Origin: the human T2T-CHM13v2.0 reference genome, Homo sapiens
Reading direction: 5' to 3' (one strand)
NCBI RefSeq assembly: GCF_009914755.1
Contig: NC_060931.1
DNA length: 64,000 bases
Shown here: piece after piece, positions 13,415 to 28,112 of the stretch
Position numbering within the stretch: the first letter of the stretch is position 1
How the letters are laid out: each line of letters starts with the position of its first letter
Position numbers and translations under genes: made by a program
Notes under the pieces: model-generated
What the model was told of the DNA's origin: nothing
The model's input: the letters and a program-made list of their open reading frames with translations, nothing else
Database searches by the model: none

Positions 13415-13590
13415 ATGATGGAAGAAGCATGTACTTTGGAATCAGACAGACCTGGCTGGAATCCTAACTCTGTCACTTATTAACAATGTGATCTTAGGCA
13501 ATTTACTTAATCTCTCTGAACCTCAGCTACTCTCGTCAGTACAATGAGTTATCCTTATCTTTACATGGCACAGTATTATTATGATATCAA
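13415..13590 (+). mobile_element. MIR SINE at the position of the intron-1 185+10 kb enhancer
   Basis: ctttggaatcagacagacctggctggaatcctaactctgtcacttattaac...ttacttaatctctctgaacctcag matches the MIR core; lies ~10 kb downstream of exon 1. Confidence 0.75.
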
Positions 13591-13611
13591 AAATTCATTG
13601 AGTATTTACTC

Positions 13612-13651
13612 TGCATATTAGTCAAGGTTCTCCAGAGAAGTAGAACCAATG

Positions 13652-13698
<47 letters not shown>

Positions 13699-13998
13699 TT
13701 ATTATAAGGAATTGACTTACATGATTATGATGGCTAACAAGTCCAAAATCTGCAGTATGGGTCAGCTGGCAGGAAACCCAGGAGAGTCAATGTTCCAGTT
13801 TGAGTCTGAAGGCAGTCTGTTGGGGAATTTCGTCCTTCTCTGGGAGGCCAGCCTTTTTGTTCTATACAGGCCTTCAACCGATTGGATGAAGTTCACCTTT
13901 ATTAGTGAGGGCAATCTGCTTTAACCAAACTTTACTGATTTAAATGTTAATCTCATCCAAAAACACCCACCCAGTTGACACATAAAATTAACCATCAC
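13612..13998 (-). mobile_element. MLT2 (ERVL) solo LTR
   Basis: tattagtcaaggttctccagagaa...atttattataaggaattg...gttgacacataaaattaaccatcac are MLT2 termini. Confidence 0.8.
13655..13696. repeat. (CA)21 microsatellite (IVS1CA marker)
   Basis: 21 CA units counted; identity with IVS1CA inferred from its position in intron 1. Confidence 0.9.
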
Positions 13999-14299
13999 TC
14001 TCTGTAAGCACTTTCTATGCATTAAGTGATAGCAAATAATGCCAGACATAGGGCGTCTTTAATAAATGGTAAGCACTGTTATCAGCAACAACAGGATTAT
14101 TATAATTAGCACCTTTTCATCTTTCTGTCTGGGCTCTGAGAAAGTACCTCTCTTCTCTAAATTTATCCCTCCTTTCCTATGAATTAGACCCAGTGCTTTC
14201 TTTGAATTATGAAGGTCACACTCCTACAAATGCCCCTTCCCAATTGCACATCTGTCGGCTTTCTTTGCCATTGACTTTTATCTCTAGCTTTTAAATTTA

Positions 14300-14642
14300 C
14301 AGGCATATGTCAGTTAACAATGGGAATGCGTTCTGGGTAATATGTCCTTAGGCAATTTTATCGTTGTGAGAATACTATAGAGTATACCTACACAAGCCTA
14401 GATGTCGTATAGCCTACTACACACCTAGGCAATATGACATAGTCTTTTGCTTCTAGGCTACAAACCTGTATGGCTTGTTACTATACTGAATACTGCAGGC
14501 AGTTGTGACACAGTGGTATTTGCATATCGGAACATGTCTAAACACAGAAAAGGTGCACTAAAAATACTATGTAGTGATCTCATGGGACCACCATTGTATA
14601 TGCAGTCTGCTGTAGACTGAAATGTCATGCAGTGCATAACTG
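14300..14642. mobile_element. Tigger3-family MITE (TcMar)
   Basis: ta|CAGgcatatgtcagttaac...gcagtgcataaCTG|ta: degenerate TIRs with TA target duplication; internal acctagatg..tatagcctactacacacctaggc. Confidence 0.8.
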
Positions 14643-14730
14643 TATCTTAAATACTCAAAGTATCACCTTTGTTTGTTTGTCCCCTTGTGTGCATCATCCT
14701 AACGTGGAATTTCTCTGTTGATTAGGGCCA

Positions 14731-15195
14731 GCGTATTAGTTTGCTAGGGCTACCATAACAAAATACCACAAATTTGGTGGCTTAAATAACAGGAATTTAT
14801 TATCTTATGGTTTTGAAGACTAGAAGTACAAGATCAAGGTGTTGGCAGGTTTTTCTTCTAAGGGCCATGAGGAAGAGTCTATTCCATGCCTTTCCCCTAC
14901 CTTCTGGTGGTTTGCTAGAAATCCTTGGCATTCCTTGACTTACAGAGGCATCACCCTGATCTCTGTTTTCATCTTCACATGGCATTCTCCCTGTGAGCCT
15001 GTCTCTGTGTCCAAACTTCTTTACTATTAATATAAGGACACCAGTCATATTGGATTAGGGTCTACTTTAGTGACCTCATTGGAATGTTATTACCTCTGTA
15101 AAGATCCTATCTCTAAATAAGGTCACATCCTTAGGTACCGGGGGTTAGGACTCAAACATACCTTTTTTTGGGGAAACACAATTCAACCTATAACA
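14731..15195 (-). mobile_element. MLT1 (MaLR, MLT1C-like) solo LTR
   Basis: gtattagtttgctagggctaccataacaaaataccac...ggggaaacacaattcaacctataaca. Confidence 0.8.
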
Positions 15196-18100
15196 ATTGA
15201 TAACACTCTTTAGGAGCAGAATGCGATATGGAAGTAATTTGAGACCATAAAGTATATACATGTAGGGAGTTAATCTATGAAACCTATTGAAAGCCATATA
15301 TACCTCATGTATAGTGGTCCATAAATAGCATGGAGACATTGCAGAGGATGTTAAGTGATATGATACAGGAACAATCCAAGAAGGACATAAGAAAAAGGAC
15401 CTTTTGCTCTTGAGAGGACTGAAGAATGACTTTCCATTTATGAAATTTTGGTACATGTCCACTAAGAATAGGATGAAGGCCAAACTTAGGAAGAATATTT
15501 TGATAATGGAGAAGGTTGCATATAAAAACATTTTATTGAGGACAATTAAATAATGTTGGCTGGAAGTTTTAGGATGATCATCTTTAGGACTCAGAAAAAG
15601 AGAAGAAACATTATTAAAGAATTGTCCCTGAACAAGTATAGGCACCCTCACATTTGCATTGCATTTACTATAGAATTGAAAAATGTTTTGACCTTTTTTT
15701 TTTGGCTTTTAATATATTTGACCAAGAGTAACAGCTAAGCAATACCTATTTGCAATCAGTGTCATCATGTGGGCTCCAAACATATCATGTTTGTGTAATT
15801 AATTGATTGACCCATTAATTTGTTCAATTTCTGCTCTGTTCCAGGCACTGAACAACATGATGGAGATAAAAGATAAATATTACACCTGCCTTGTCCTCAA
15901 GAAGTTAGTCTTCTGAGGGAAAGAAATTAGCAAACAAATTGTAATCTCAGTTATGTGCCATGTTCCATGCTGGGCACAGGGGATACAGTAGTTTAAAAAA
16001 AACACAAGATCTATAAGGTGTTTCTTCTTGTGGACCTTACAGTCTAGGGTGCTTGGAAACATGGGGCGTTGGCAGACAAGTAAATACACATTTTGTGGTA
16101 AAGGCTCAGGTAGAAGAAGTACAGGATAGAATAGAGCACACCATGGGGAATTAATCTAGACTTCAGAGAGGCTCACACATACATAATTTATGTGTGACTA
16201 TTTCAATGCATTTGAGGTTTCTTGGAAATAGAGGTTAGGTTTTATTTTAAGGAAGTTACCATTTTTTTTTTCAGTGTGATGTGGTTGAACCAAAGAATGC
16301 CATGCCCAGTGATGGTAATAGGATAATCTTTTTAAAAATTAAGAGCCACCTAATAAATCAATAGTTTCATTCAGCGGGAGCTCCTGCAGAGTTCAAAAAG
16401 AAGAGAATCTGGCACAGCGTTTCCTTTAAAGTTCATTTTCCTAGAGTGTGAATGGAAGCAAGAGATTATAACATTTTGAGGTCAAAAAAATTCTGAAATG
16501 CCTATAAAAATTATTTTCTCCAAATTATCATCATTTGTGCTTTTAATGACCTGATTGCAAAGATGAACATTTTGAATTCTTAAATTGCTTATTAGGATTG
16601 GTTAATGAATCAATTATCTATTACTGTATGTTTTGCTATTGGAAAAAATAGCAACTTAAGTGTTTTGCAGACCTTTACTTAGGTATATGTTGCTTTTATG
16701 AAAAAAAAGATGTAAATATTAAGTAAAAGGGATTTAAAGCAAGGCTTTTGAGGTAGAGTCTTATTAATTCCTTGGTAAACCTTGAGCCAATTGTTGTCTA
16801 TGTTCTCTGCCTCTGTCTTGCTCCTTCCTTCTGGGATTCACTGTGGGAATGCGGGATTGTTAATCTGGGGATGCTGTCCAATCCTGCCTCTCTCAAGCTT
16901 TGCTATTGATCTCCCTCCCAGTGATAATAAAGCTTGAAGAAAATGAAAGTAGCGTTAGTATTGGTCCTCAAACTCAAGAACAGGATGAAACTTAAATCTT
17001 GAGTCATACAATTGTGTCTACATACTGCTCCCCAAAAAGAGAAGTAAAGAAGATGCTAACTTTCCCTTTTAATTTGCAGTACTTAGCAATTTGTTTTCTT
17101 GAGGGTTAAGTAATAACAGTGGAAGAAAAAAGGGTTAAAATGCCACCAAGAACCCAATTCCATGTTTAGTTTGAAAGTGGGAAATCAGCTGCCACTGGGA
17201 AGTCTGAATCCAATGCCATGATGTTCTTTGAATCCTTCTGAGAAATAATCATGTGTAGCCATAACATACCTGTATAACAGAGCAGAGAACATAAACAAAT
17301 GAAGGTGAAGGGAAGATTAAGACAGAAGAGAAAAATTCCAGAATCGACTGATCATTTTTATCTGTTTAGATGATTTCAGGCAGAATCCTAGAGACCAACT
17401 TTATCACAACTGAATTTTAAAAATCACCAGCTTTGTCATTGTGATGCAGCATCAGTTTCAGTATTATCCTTGGAGTATTAATTCTTAATCATCTTCATCT
17501 TAGAACATTTTTGAGGTCACTTCTAGTCTCTATTTCACCAGTGAAGAAACAAAAATCCCCAAACTATATCAGGTGGAATTACACAGTATTTTTTTTTTAA
17601 TTTTGGGGAAAGTCGATTCAAGGCAGTAACTTGCAAGCTAGTGTTAGAAAGGATTTAATAAATAGTGGTTTTTCTGTACACATAGTGAGAGGTCATTACA
17701 TCATTTGGTTGTTGAAAGTCATAAGGATGTCTAGCATGCGCTTTGCCTGTAGTGGTTCATGCCAGGCAGATTCCTGACTCTATAACCCAGAGCTTATCAG
17801 AGGATTTATGTCCCCAAAGAGAAATGTCACCTCCATCTTTCAATAAACACTTTAGCAAAGAAAAATCAAGTACTTTAATTCCAAATCTTGAGTTAATTCC
17901 AGAATAACAATGATGGCTCAGAAAAATATGGGTATTTCTGTCAAAGGACAGAGAAACCTAGTAGAGAGTATTTACTTTGGGTCCTAGTGATGGTATCTGA
18001 ACAAGCTAGGTGAACAAAGAGCCTCAATAAGGGATTTTGAGGTCTAGAAAAAGAGAGGAAATACCAAATAAATGGAATAATTATAAAATAAATACCAGCA

Positions 18101-19194
18101 AAGTTAAATCAATATATCATGTGGGAGATATCCTTATATCACTCATGTGATTTCTATTTTGTTCCTATATTAGGCCAAGGAGAGGTGGAACTTGTTTTCC
18201 TTTTTCCCTCTCAGCTACGAATGGACATACTTAAAACTGTTTCTCTGCTTCTGTTCTCTAAAATGTGATTGTCTAACAGTAACCGTGATGACGTTTTGAC
18301 AGTTGCACAACTTTCTTTCTTTAAGCTTTAAAAATGCCAGCCAGTAACCCAGTGGCATTTCTACTATAAAATCTTAAGGCCAATCCATTTCCCCTTTTCC
18401 TTATTTTCTTGGTTTCAAATATATTTTTATTGCCAATGGAAATAAAAATCCTAAATTAGAGAGCAATGGCATCCCTTGTCTTGTGAATAAAGAGCTCTTA
18501 AATGTGAACTTATACAGGATGCAGCAATTTATAGGGTAGTTAATCATTCTTCTTTCTAGCCAGTTGTTCCAGCTACAGTTTTGTGGCTCTTGTTAGTGGC
18601 TTCATTCCCAGATAGAATAAAAATCAAACCAAAATCCTGGAAAGGCACTCTGAGGATGCTTCTCTAAAGTAGATGGGCATCAACTATAAATCACAATGCT
18701 TTGTTTCCTCTGTTATGTTTCAAGATGGGTGGGATTTTTTTTGTAGCATTACTTATTATTGCCTCTCAAGTGCTTGAGTCTTTGAAATCCAAGTCATGTG
18801 AGTGAATTAGATACAGCTGTTAGAAGTGGCCTTTCAATGCCAATGGTACACATTCCTTGGTTTCTTTACGATACTATTGCTCTTACAACTTTTATCTGAA
18901 GTCATAAATTCATAGTTGTCCCAGAAGTTAAGTTCCTTGCTTCTAGAGGACAGAAAACAAACAATTTACACAACTCATGGTGCATGTCACCAGTCCTTAG
19001 ATCTCATGAAATATGCATGAAATCTTAAATCACTTGCTGTAGCCACCCAGCCATTGACATATTTGAAAGACTTTAGTGTATCAAAGTCACTATAATGAAA
19101 ATTTTGATTTCACCAGTTCTAGGAGTGAAAAATCAAATGTTTAGTAAAACTTTCTAAAATTAACACTGACAGTTGATTTCTGTATACTGTTGTT

Positions 19195-20405
19195 CTTAAT
19201 AATAGCTTTATTGAGATATAATTCATATTCAAAACAACTTACCCATTTAAAGCATACAATCCAATGATTTTTTAGTATCTTCAAAGAGTTGCCTATCACC
19301 ATAACCAATTTTAGAACACTTTCATCACTGTAAAAAGAAACTCCATTCCTATTAGCAGTCATTCCTTATTCCAAATCCCCCTGCTCGCCCTAGACAACTA
19401 CAAATGTACTTTCCATCTCTATAGATTTGCCTGTTCTGGAAATTTTATGTAAATAGAACAAAGTGTTCTTTTGTGACTGGCTTATTTCACTTAGCATTTT
19501 TTTTTCAAAGATTCATCCCTGTTGTAGCGTGTATCAGTGCATCATTCTTTTTTATTTTTTTAGAGACAGGGCCTTGCTCTGTTGCCCAGGTTGGAATGTG
19601 CAGTGGCATGATCATGGGTCACTATAGCTTTGAAGTCATAGGCGAAAGCGGTCCTCCCACCTCAGTCTCCCGAGTAGCTGAGACTACAGGCTTGCACCAC
19701 ATGACTGTCTAATTTATAATTTTCTTTAGAGACAGGGTCTTGTTATGTTGTCTAGGCTGCTCTCAAACTCCAGGGCTCAAGTGGTCCTCCTCCCACAGCA
19801 TCCTAAAGTGCTGGGATTATAGGTGTGAGCCACAGCACCTGGCTTGCATCATTCTTTTTATTGTTGAATAATATCCCACTTGTAAGAATATGTATTTTAT
19901 TTATCCTTTCCCCAGTTAATAGATATTTCGATTGTTCCTAATTCTTGTCTATTATAAATAATGGTGCTATGAACATTTGTGTACAAGTTTTTGTGCAGAC
20001 ATCCATTTTCCTTTCTTTTGGGCATATACCTACGAGTGTAATGGATGGGCCATATAGTAACTTTATGTTTAATATTTTGAGGATTTTTCAAACTGTTTTC
20101 CAAAGTGGCTGCATCATTTTAAATTCCTTCCACCATTGTGTGAGGGTTTCAATTTCTCCACATATTTGCAACACTTACTATTATCTACTCTTAAAAATTA
20201 CAGCCATCCTACTGGGCATGAAGTGGTATTTCATTGTGAGTTTTTTTTTTCTTTTTCTTTTTTTCTTTTTTTGCTAATGTTTGTGGATTTTCTTTTCATT
20301 TTCTTGATGGTGTCCTTTGAAGCACAAAAGTATTTAATTTTGATAATTTCCAATTTATTTTTTGTTATTGCTGTTTGTGCTTCTGGTGTTGTATCTAAGT
20401 GTATG
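19195..20405 (-). mobile_element. Old L1 (L1MB-like) 3' fragment, interrupted by AluJ
   Basis: aatagctttattgagatataattcat...cccatttaaag; tttgaagcacaaaagtatttaattttgat. Confidence 0.75.
19553..19844 (-). mobile_element. AluJ with 15-bp TSD
   Basis: TSD tgcatcattcttttt at 19538-19552 and 19845-19859. Confidence 0.9.
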
Positions 20406-22768
20406 CTACTTTAAAAAATTAGTTGTAATATGGCAAATTGGATACATGTGTAGGCTTTGGTGTCACAATCCTAATTTTAAAATTCTGACTCTGCCCTTGA
20501 CAAATTAACTAATTAAGCTTCCTTAGCCTCAGTTTCTCAACTGTAAGTTGGAGATATTACCAAGACCTACCTCTTGAATTGTTGTGGGGATCAGATGAAA
20601 TAATGTATGTGAAATATTTAGAATTATGCAAGTCTGTGGTAATGAATACTAATGTTAGCTATCATTATTGTTATAATCCCAATAATCAATTCTGGTGCTT
20701 TGAAAATTAAACCAAAGCCAAGCAGTTGATATGAAGAAGCATGTAATAATGTACAGACATAATGCTTTATAGACAACATTGAATTTGGCTCTCATGAACA
20801 TCAGGAATAGTGGTCATGGTAGTTATTATCTCCAGCAGGAACTGTAGCTGAGAGATCTTCAGAGCTTTTTCCAAGGCGATATCACTGGGAAATAATAGAG
20901 ACAAGGTTACAAGCTAGGGCTGTGTTTTCTTCTTAAAATCTTTAGTTCAGTTTTTTTCAATAACAGATTTGTAGTAGGCATCAGGTGACTGGGGATTCGT
21001 ATTCTTCAAGTTGAAATATTACCTTGTTGAGAAAGAAACCATGTGTGAGACAACCATGTTGAGAAAGAAAAAGTGATTTTATAGAAAATTAATATTGATA
21101 GTGAGCATTATATGAAAATCATGAAGTTAGAACATATTTGGCCAGAAAATTTACATTAATAGTTACCCATAGCAATTAATGCATTATAATTACACATACC
21201 TTTTCTTTAATGAAAAAGAATTCTTTCCTTCCAAAGTTATGCATGCTATTGTTAAACATTAGAGAATATAGAGAAGCAAAAAAGAAAATATCTTTTTTGA
21301 TATTTTCTTAACATACGTCTGTTCCTAATAATGTTTATAGTTTAGAAGCATTGCATGAAATGGGTAGATCAATTTTCTATTTAATGTTTGGATTCATTAG
21401 GTACGAAGTTAGCAAATTAATTTCCATTAGGGTGCCTGTATGGTTGTAAATCCTGGACCTGCAGAAGATTTTTCAGTATTGGTTTGTAGTCTTTTGTTTA
21501 GCAGCAAATAATTAGTTCTCCAGAGCTTCTGAAATTAATTGACCACTTTAATGGTGTTTACCTACCTAGAGAAAGAAAAAGAACTTCTCCAAGTCCCTTG
21601 GTAAAATTAAGCCTCATGAACAATTAACTCAAATATACACAAGGCTTGTCTTTAGCGAGCATATACTCCCTAAAGTTGATTAAGCTGACCAAGTGATTAC
21701 TGCTTATAAATTCACCATTTTATGGAGAAGAAGCAAACACTGCTAAATACCTTGTGGAATCAGAGGAGGGGAAATTAGTAACTTGACCCCAATACTGCGA
21801 TTTTAAATTGAATTCTTGAAGCCTACAAGTTTTACACAGGACTTTAGAGAGCTGGATAGTATCACTTTGTCAAGTCCTACTTTTACTATGATTCTTTGAG
21901 AAAAATACATCTGACTAAATAACTCTGAATCTAAATTGGATAAAATAAATGTGACATTCAAAATGTTATTTATGATTTTAGAAAAATATCCTTATAGACA
22001 CTAGATGAGTTTTAGTCTCAAATCAATCCTCCCTATCATAGTCACTTATCAAAATAACTAAAGCAAAGTGGTAGAGCTGTGCTCTAGAAGTTTGGGATTT
22101 ATGATCACAATCTTTTCCAATGAGTCCCCTCTTTCCTCTGCCTGTCTTCAACATTTGTTTTTTTTTTTTTTTGGTTAGGACTATCCAGATTGTGTGGCCT
22201 ATTTCAAACTCATGGCAAATACATTGGATGATCGGAAATTTTCTAATGTATTTGAATTTGTCTACACAAACTAGAGTAATTGCTATTAATTCCTCAAGTG
22301 TTAATTATTTCATGCAAAAAGGAAAAAGGCTATTAGTCTTTAAGTGTATTAGTATGTCAATATTTGGGAGAAGTGTCATGCAATTAGTGGTTTGAATTTC
22401 CTATTTTATTTTATTGCATTTTATTTTATTTGCCTAGTCAAATAAAAAGTAATGTTAAATACATGGAAGCATGATTGTTTTCTACACTAAAAATCATTTT
22501 GACTTGAAAAGATCTGATATCCATGACCTTCATCTGAAGTTTTGGCAGATGAAAATGTCAGATGCGTCTTTTGGATTAATAAAAGGCAAAAGTCAGATCG
22601 AAAAATGAGTATAAGCTTTAATTATATGACTTTAGGAGGATATGTTATGAAAATCAAAGCTTTAATAGTGATTATAATTGGCAAGTTCTTTTTTTATAAG
22701 GAATTACAAGTCACTCTATACAAAAATTGGAATTTTTGTCCTAAGAAATGAAATTTACTATAGTTTCA

Positions 22769-22770
<2 letters not shown>

Positions 22771-22808
<38 letters not shown>
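22771..22808. repeat. (TG)19 microsatellite
   Basis: Seen directly. Confidence 0.95.
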
Positions 22809-22811
<3 letters not shown>

Positions 22812-23017
22812 AAAAAATCAAGTGATAGGGCTTTTCCTCAATAAAATCTGAAATCTCTTATAGTTAAGTGAACAGAACAGTGTATCTAGGATGCTAGACT
22901 TTTTTTTCAAAGTTAGTTTAAAACTTATACATAGTAAAATCTGTATGCCTTAGGGATCTCTGTTTGCTATCCCATAGTGAATGATTAATTAGTTTCTGTT
23001 AGAAATAGTCAGAACTA

Positions 23018-23176
23018 GGCTGGGTGTGGTGGTGGCTCATGCCTGTAATTCCAGGACTTTGGGAGGCCAAGGCAGGAGGATCTCTTAAGCCCAGGAATTT
23101 GCAACCAGCTTGGGCAGGCTGGTGAGATCCTATCTCTACAAAAACAAACAAACAAACAAAGGACAATAAGAAAGAA
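23018..23176 (+). mobile_element. Free left Alu monomer (FLAM)
   Basis: Single monomer with (CAAA)n tail; degenerate TSD agaaatag(t/c)caga(a/g)ct. Confidence 0.8.
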
Positions 23177-23568
23177 AGAAATAGCCAGAGCTTTGAACAA
23201 AATTTCTAAGTAGACCAATGTAAAAGTCTGTCGTCAATATGTAGTGGCTATGAATGGAGGTTATGAATGAAAGAGAAGGATAAGATGAACTAGAGGTGAG
23301 AGGGGAAGACAGCAGGCCCAAGTGAAAGGCAGAGCCGAGTTTATTGCTTTTTGGTTATTCCAGGTGTGTCTGCTTTGTCTCATGAAATACCTGGATGATC
23401 ACTGATTTCTAGTGGAAGAAATGCTGAAAAGTCCTTACTGTGCATTTAAACATTCTAGGTTTAATATACTCAGGGTTTTTCAAAAGAAAGGGTGGCTGGA
23501 GTTTTGCACTAACTAATATTTCATAAAGTGTCTAAGTATAGATGTCTGGTTTTTTTTTGTATTTCTAA

Positions 23569-23983
<415 letters not shown>

Positions 23984-24796
23984 TAAGATGACTCTGTGGT
24001 CATTGTTGGGCAGCATAAGCTTAATGGATTTTAGTTATCATAATTTACCTTAAACCCAATTTGTATTTCAGGATATAAATAGAGGTTTATTGTAGTGAAT
24101 CTTCCAGGAAATACTAAGTGATACTAATAATTATAGATGGTGAACTTAAGTCTTTATATTACTGAATTTGTTTGGTTTGATGATGCTAGGCTATGGCATT
24201 CTTGCTAATCAAAACGATGTGTCATGGTGTAACATAACTTATTAAAATGGGCACAGATAACACAGGAAGCTTTTTATAAAAGCAGCTCACAAATTGTGTT
24301 ACTTTGAACTGAACTGGCCATTTATGGGAAAGGTCACTGGGTTGTAAATAAGGACCAAAAGAGTTACGTTTATATTTTTTAAAAGAGATTGAGGAGATTT
24401 ATTTTTACATTTCTTGAAAATGCCTTATTTTGGTATGGTATTGACAGATAGTGAAATTCTGCTCATTTGTAAATATAGTGTCATATTTTAATAATTTCAA
24501 ACATATTGAAAATGCAGAATTTATTAATAGTGGGAGCACATTTTCCTTTTTACTAAATGTTCTACAGGTTCTTTTCTTTCCATCCACACACAGTGCCATT
24601 ACCCTCATTCTAAGCCTTTCAAACATCTGGCAGTAAGTGATCTGCTGCACTTAGCTCTTTCCAGCTGAGCTGATTTTTAAATTTTCAGAAAATTTGTGAG
24701 CTAATTGTTAAACATGGCCATTATTAAAAATTAAATTATTTCAACTTATAATTAAATAAATTATATTAAAACAAAAGTATTAAAAACTCAAAAGTT

Positions 24797-25163
<367 letters not shown>

Positions 25164-27513
25164 CTAATTATTTTGCATTTTACTATTATCTATGCTATTA
25201 ACGTTATTTGCCTTCATTGTATTTGAAAGGTGGACTATATTCTATTGCACTTTCATTGTACTATATTCTAATATGCAACTGTGTATCCCTTCCCAACTCT
25301 GTGTTCAATGACTTTATATTTGGTTGCTTTAAAATGATGACGATGAGAGTATTTATATCATAGAAATTGGCAAATGCCGTAAGTCAGTTTTTGTTTTTGT
25401 TTTTGTTTTCCGGAGAGGGGATTGTTAAATATTTGCCTGCATGCAACACCACTACATGCAGTCTGCTATCTTTTGTTCTTCCTGCTTTCAGGCTCCTCTC
25501 CCAGCTGTCTGTCTAGCACAACCCAGCATACCAAATTTTCTTAAATAGGGAAAGTTGAACATGGTAAAAGAATGAATGAAGTCAAAAGAATGTGGAAAGA
25601 CCTAGGCTTTGCCATTTAGTAAAGTTTAGCATCTCTAAGCCTCCATCTCTTTATCAATAAAATTGAGCAATGATCCCTTTTAGTTCTACCCATTTAAGAA
25701 GATTTTCAAATGAAAACCACAACCTGCTCATGTTTATGAAGGCACTTTGGAAAGCGCTAAATACACGGGTTTTTATTAGTAGTAAACACTTACTTCACCT
25801 TTTTCACTTCTTGACTTTAGTTTACAAGGGCTCATAATCTAAATTATATCATAAATTGCTGTCCCAGATTTTTTTACAGCCTAATTGCCACCTGTATGTT
25901 CGACTTTCCTTCTGTTCTTTATGTTAGATACTGGGATAGTATGCACCAGGTGGGTGTGCCATCACTTTCTCAGATGATGTCCACTGAAGACCTTGCATGA
26001 TCATGGCATTCATTTTCCTGCTGTATTCAGACTGGCCTCAACTATTTTCTTTATTGCTCTCCAGGAAAAATTACAAATGAATCAGACTGGGCAATGAAGG
26101 GTAAACCTAATTATCGCTCTTTGTTAAAGACAGCTCTTGTTAAAATGCGGATATTGCAAATTAATGGAAAAAATATGACATAGTAAACCATACTCACTTA
26201 TTAATATCTTAGTAAGGAATAATTGATGAAGTTACTTAACCTTAGAGCCCTAATTCAGTTAAGTTTTAATGAAGGACAAGTTGTAGAGATATCGAGAACC
26301 CAGGGCAGGTGCCTACTGAAGAAGTTCCAGACCAAGGAAGTATAAAGAAGGACCTGGGTGGGAGCAGTGAGATTGGATATGAGGGCCACTGGCAAAGTTT
26401 TGCCCCAGAACAGTGTCAAAATGTTTGCATTTGGCATAGCCCTTTCTCTTTTTGTTCTGAATGGCTTTGCTAGAATATCTTTTCTATAATGAATTTATCC
26501 TGCTTCTCAGATATTGCTAAAGCACTCCCTTTTGAATTTTGGTGCTTTAACATGCATTTTGATACATTACCAAATAAGGTCTGAATGACACAAATTTTAG
26601 AACTCTCCAGAGAAAAGAAAGATGCTGAGGGAAAAAGCATAGGTTTGGGACTCACTAAATCCCAGTTCAATTCCTTTCTTTAATAAATATATTCAATTTT
26701 ACCTGAGAAAGCTCTCGTGCTCTCGAATTTTATTTAGAAATTTCTCTTTGTACATGATTGATTTCACAATCCTTCTTCTGCCTCCTCTTCTACTTTCTTC
26801 TTTCTAGATTTTCCTATCTTTATGAAGATTATTCTGCCTTATCCTCAACAGTTAGAAACAATATTTTTGAAAATCACTAGGGTATCCTGCATAGTGATTT
26901 CCCATGCCAACTTTACTAATTTCCATTATAAATTATTATTTATTGATGCCTAGAGGGCAGATGAGTGTAGCTGCTATGGAGTGAGGAGACAAAACGTAAG
27001 AAAGTTATGATCCTACCCTCAGGTAATGATTCAGACATGATAATTAAGTCAACAAATTGATAGAAACTAATCACTAACTCTCTGGCTATAGTCATTCTTT
27101 CAATGAATAGCTCATTACTGAGTATGCATGCTACAGTAACAAAATTATATAAGGCTGTTGATTAAATGTTGATTAAGTGCATGTCTTATTCAGAGTTTTT
27201 TTATATTTGAAATGGAAGAGGCTGGACTTCAGTAATTTGCTATAAACTGCTAGTATATGATTATTTGGGGGCAGTTATTTTTTAAAGAATAATTTAAATA
27301 TGGAATGTTTAGCAGTTTGTTTTTTCCCTGGGAAAAACCATACTATTATTCCCTCCCAATCCCTTTGACAAAGTGACAGTCACATTAGTTCAGAGATATT
27401 GATGTTTTATACAGGTGTAGCCTGTAAGAGATGAAGCCTGGTATTTATAGAAATTGACTTATTTTATTCTCATATTTACATGTGCATAATTTTCCATATG
27501 CCAGAAAAGTTGA

Positions 27514-27741
<228 letters not shown>

Positions 27742-27802
27742 TAATTATTTAGAGAAGAGAAAGCAAACATATTATAAGTTTAATTCTTATATTTAAAAAT
27801 AG

Positions 27803-28112
<310 letters not shown>

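Noticed and set aside
15145-15651. 168-aa minus-strand ORF
   Set aside because: No recognisable motif, AT-rich intronic composition, and it ends inside an MLT1 LTR; likely chance.
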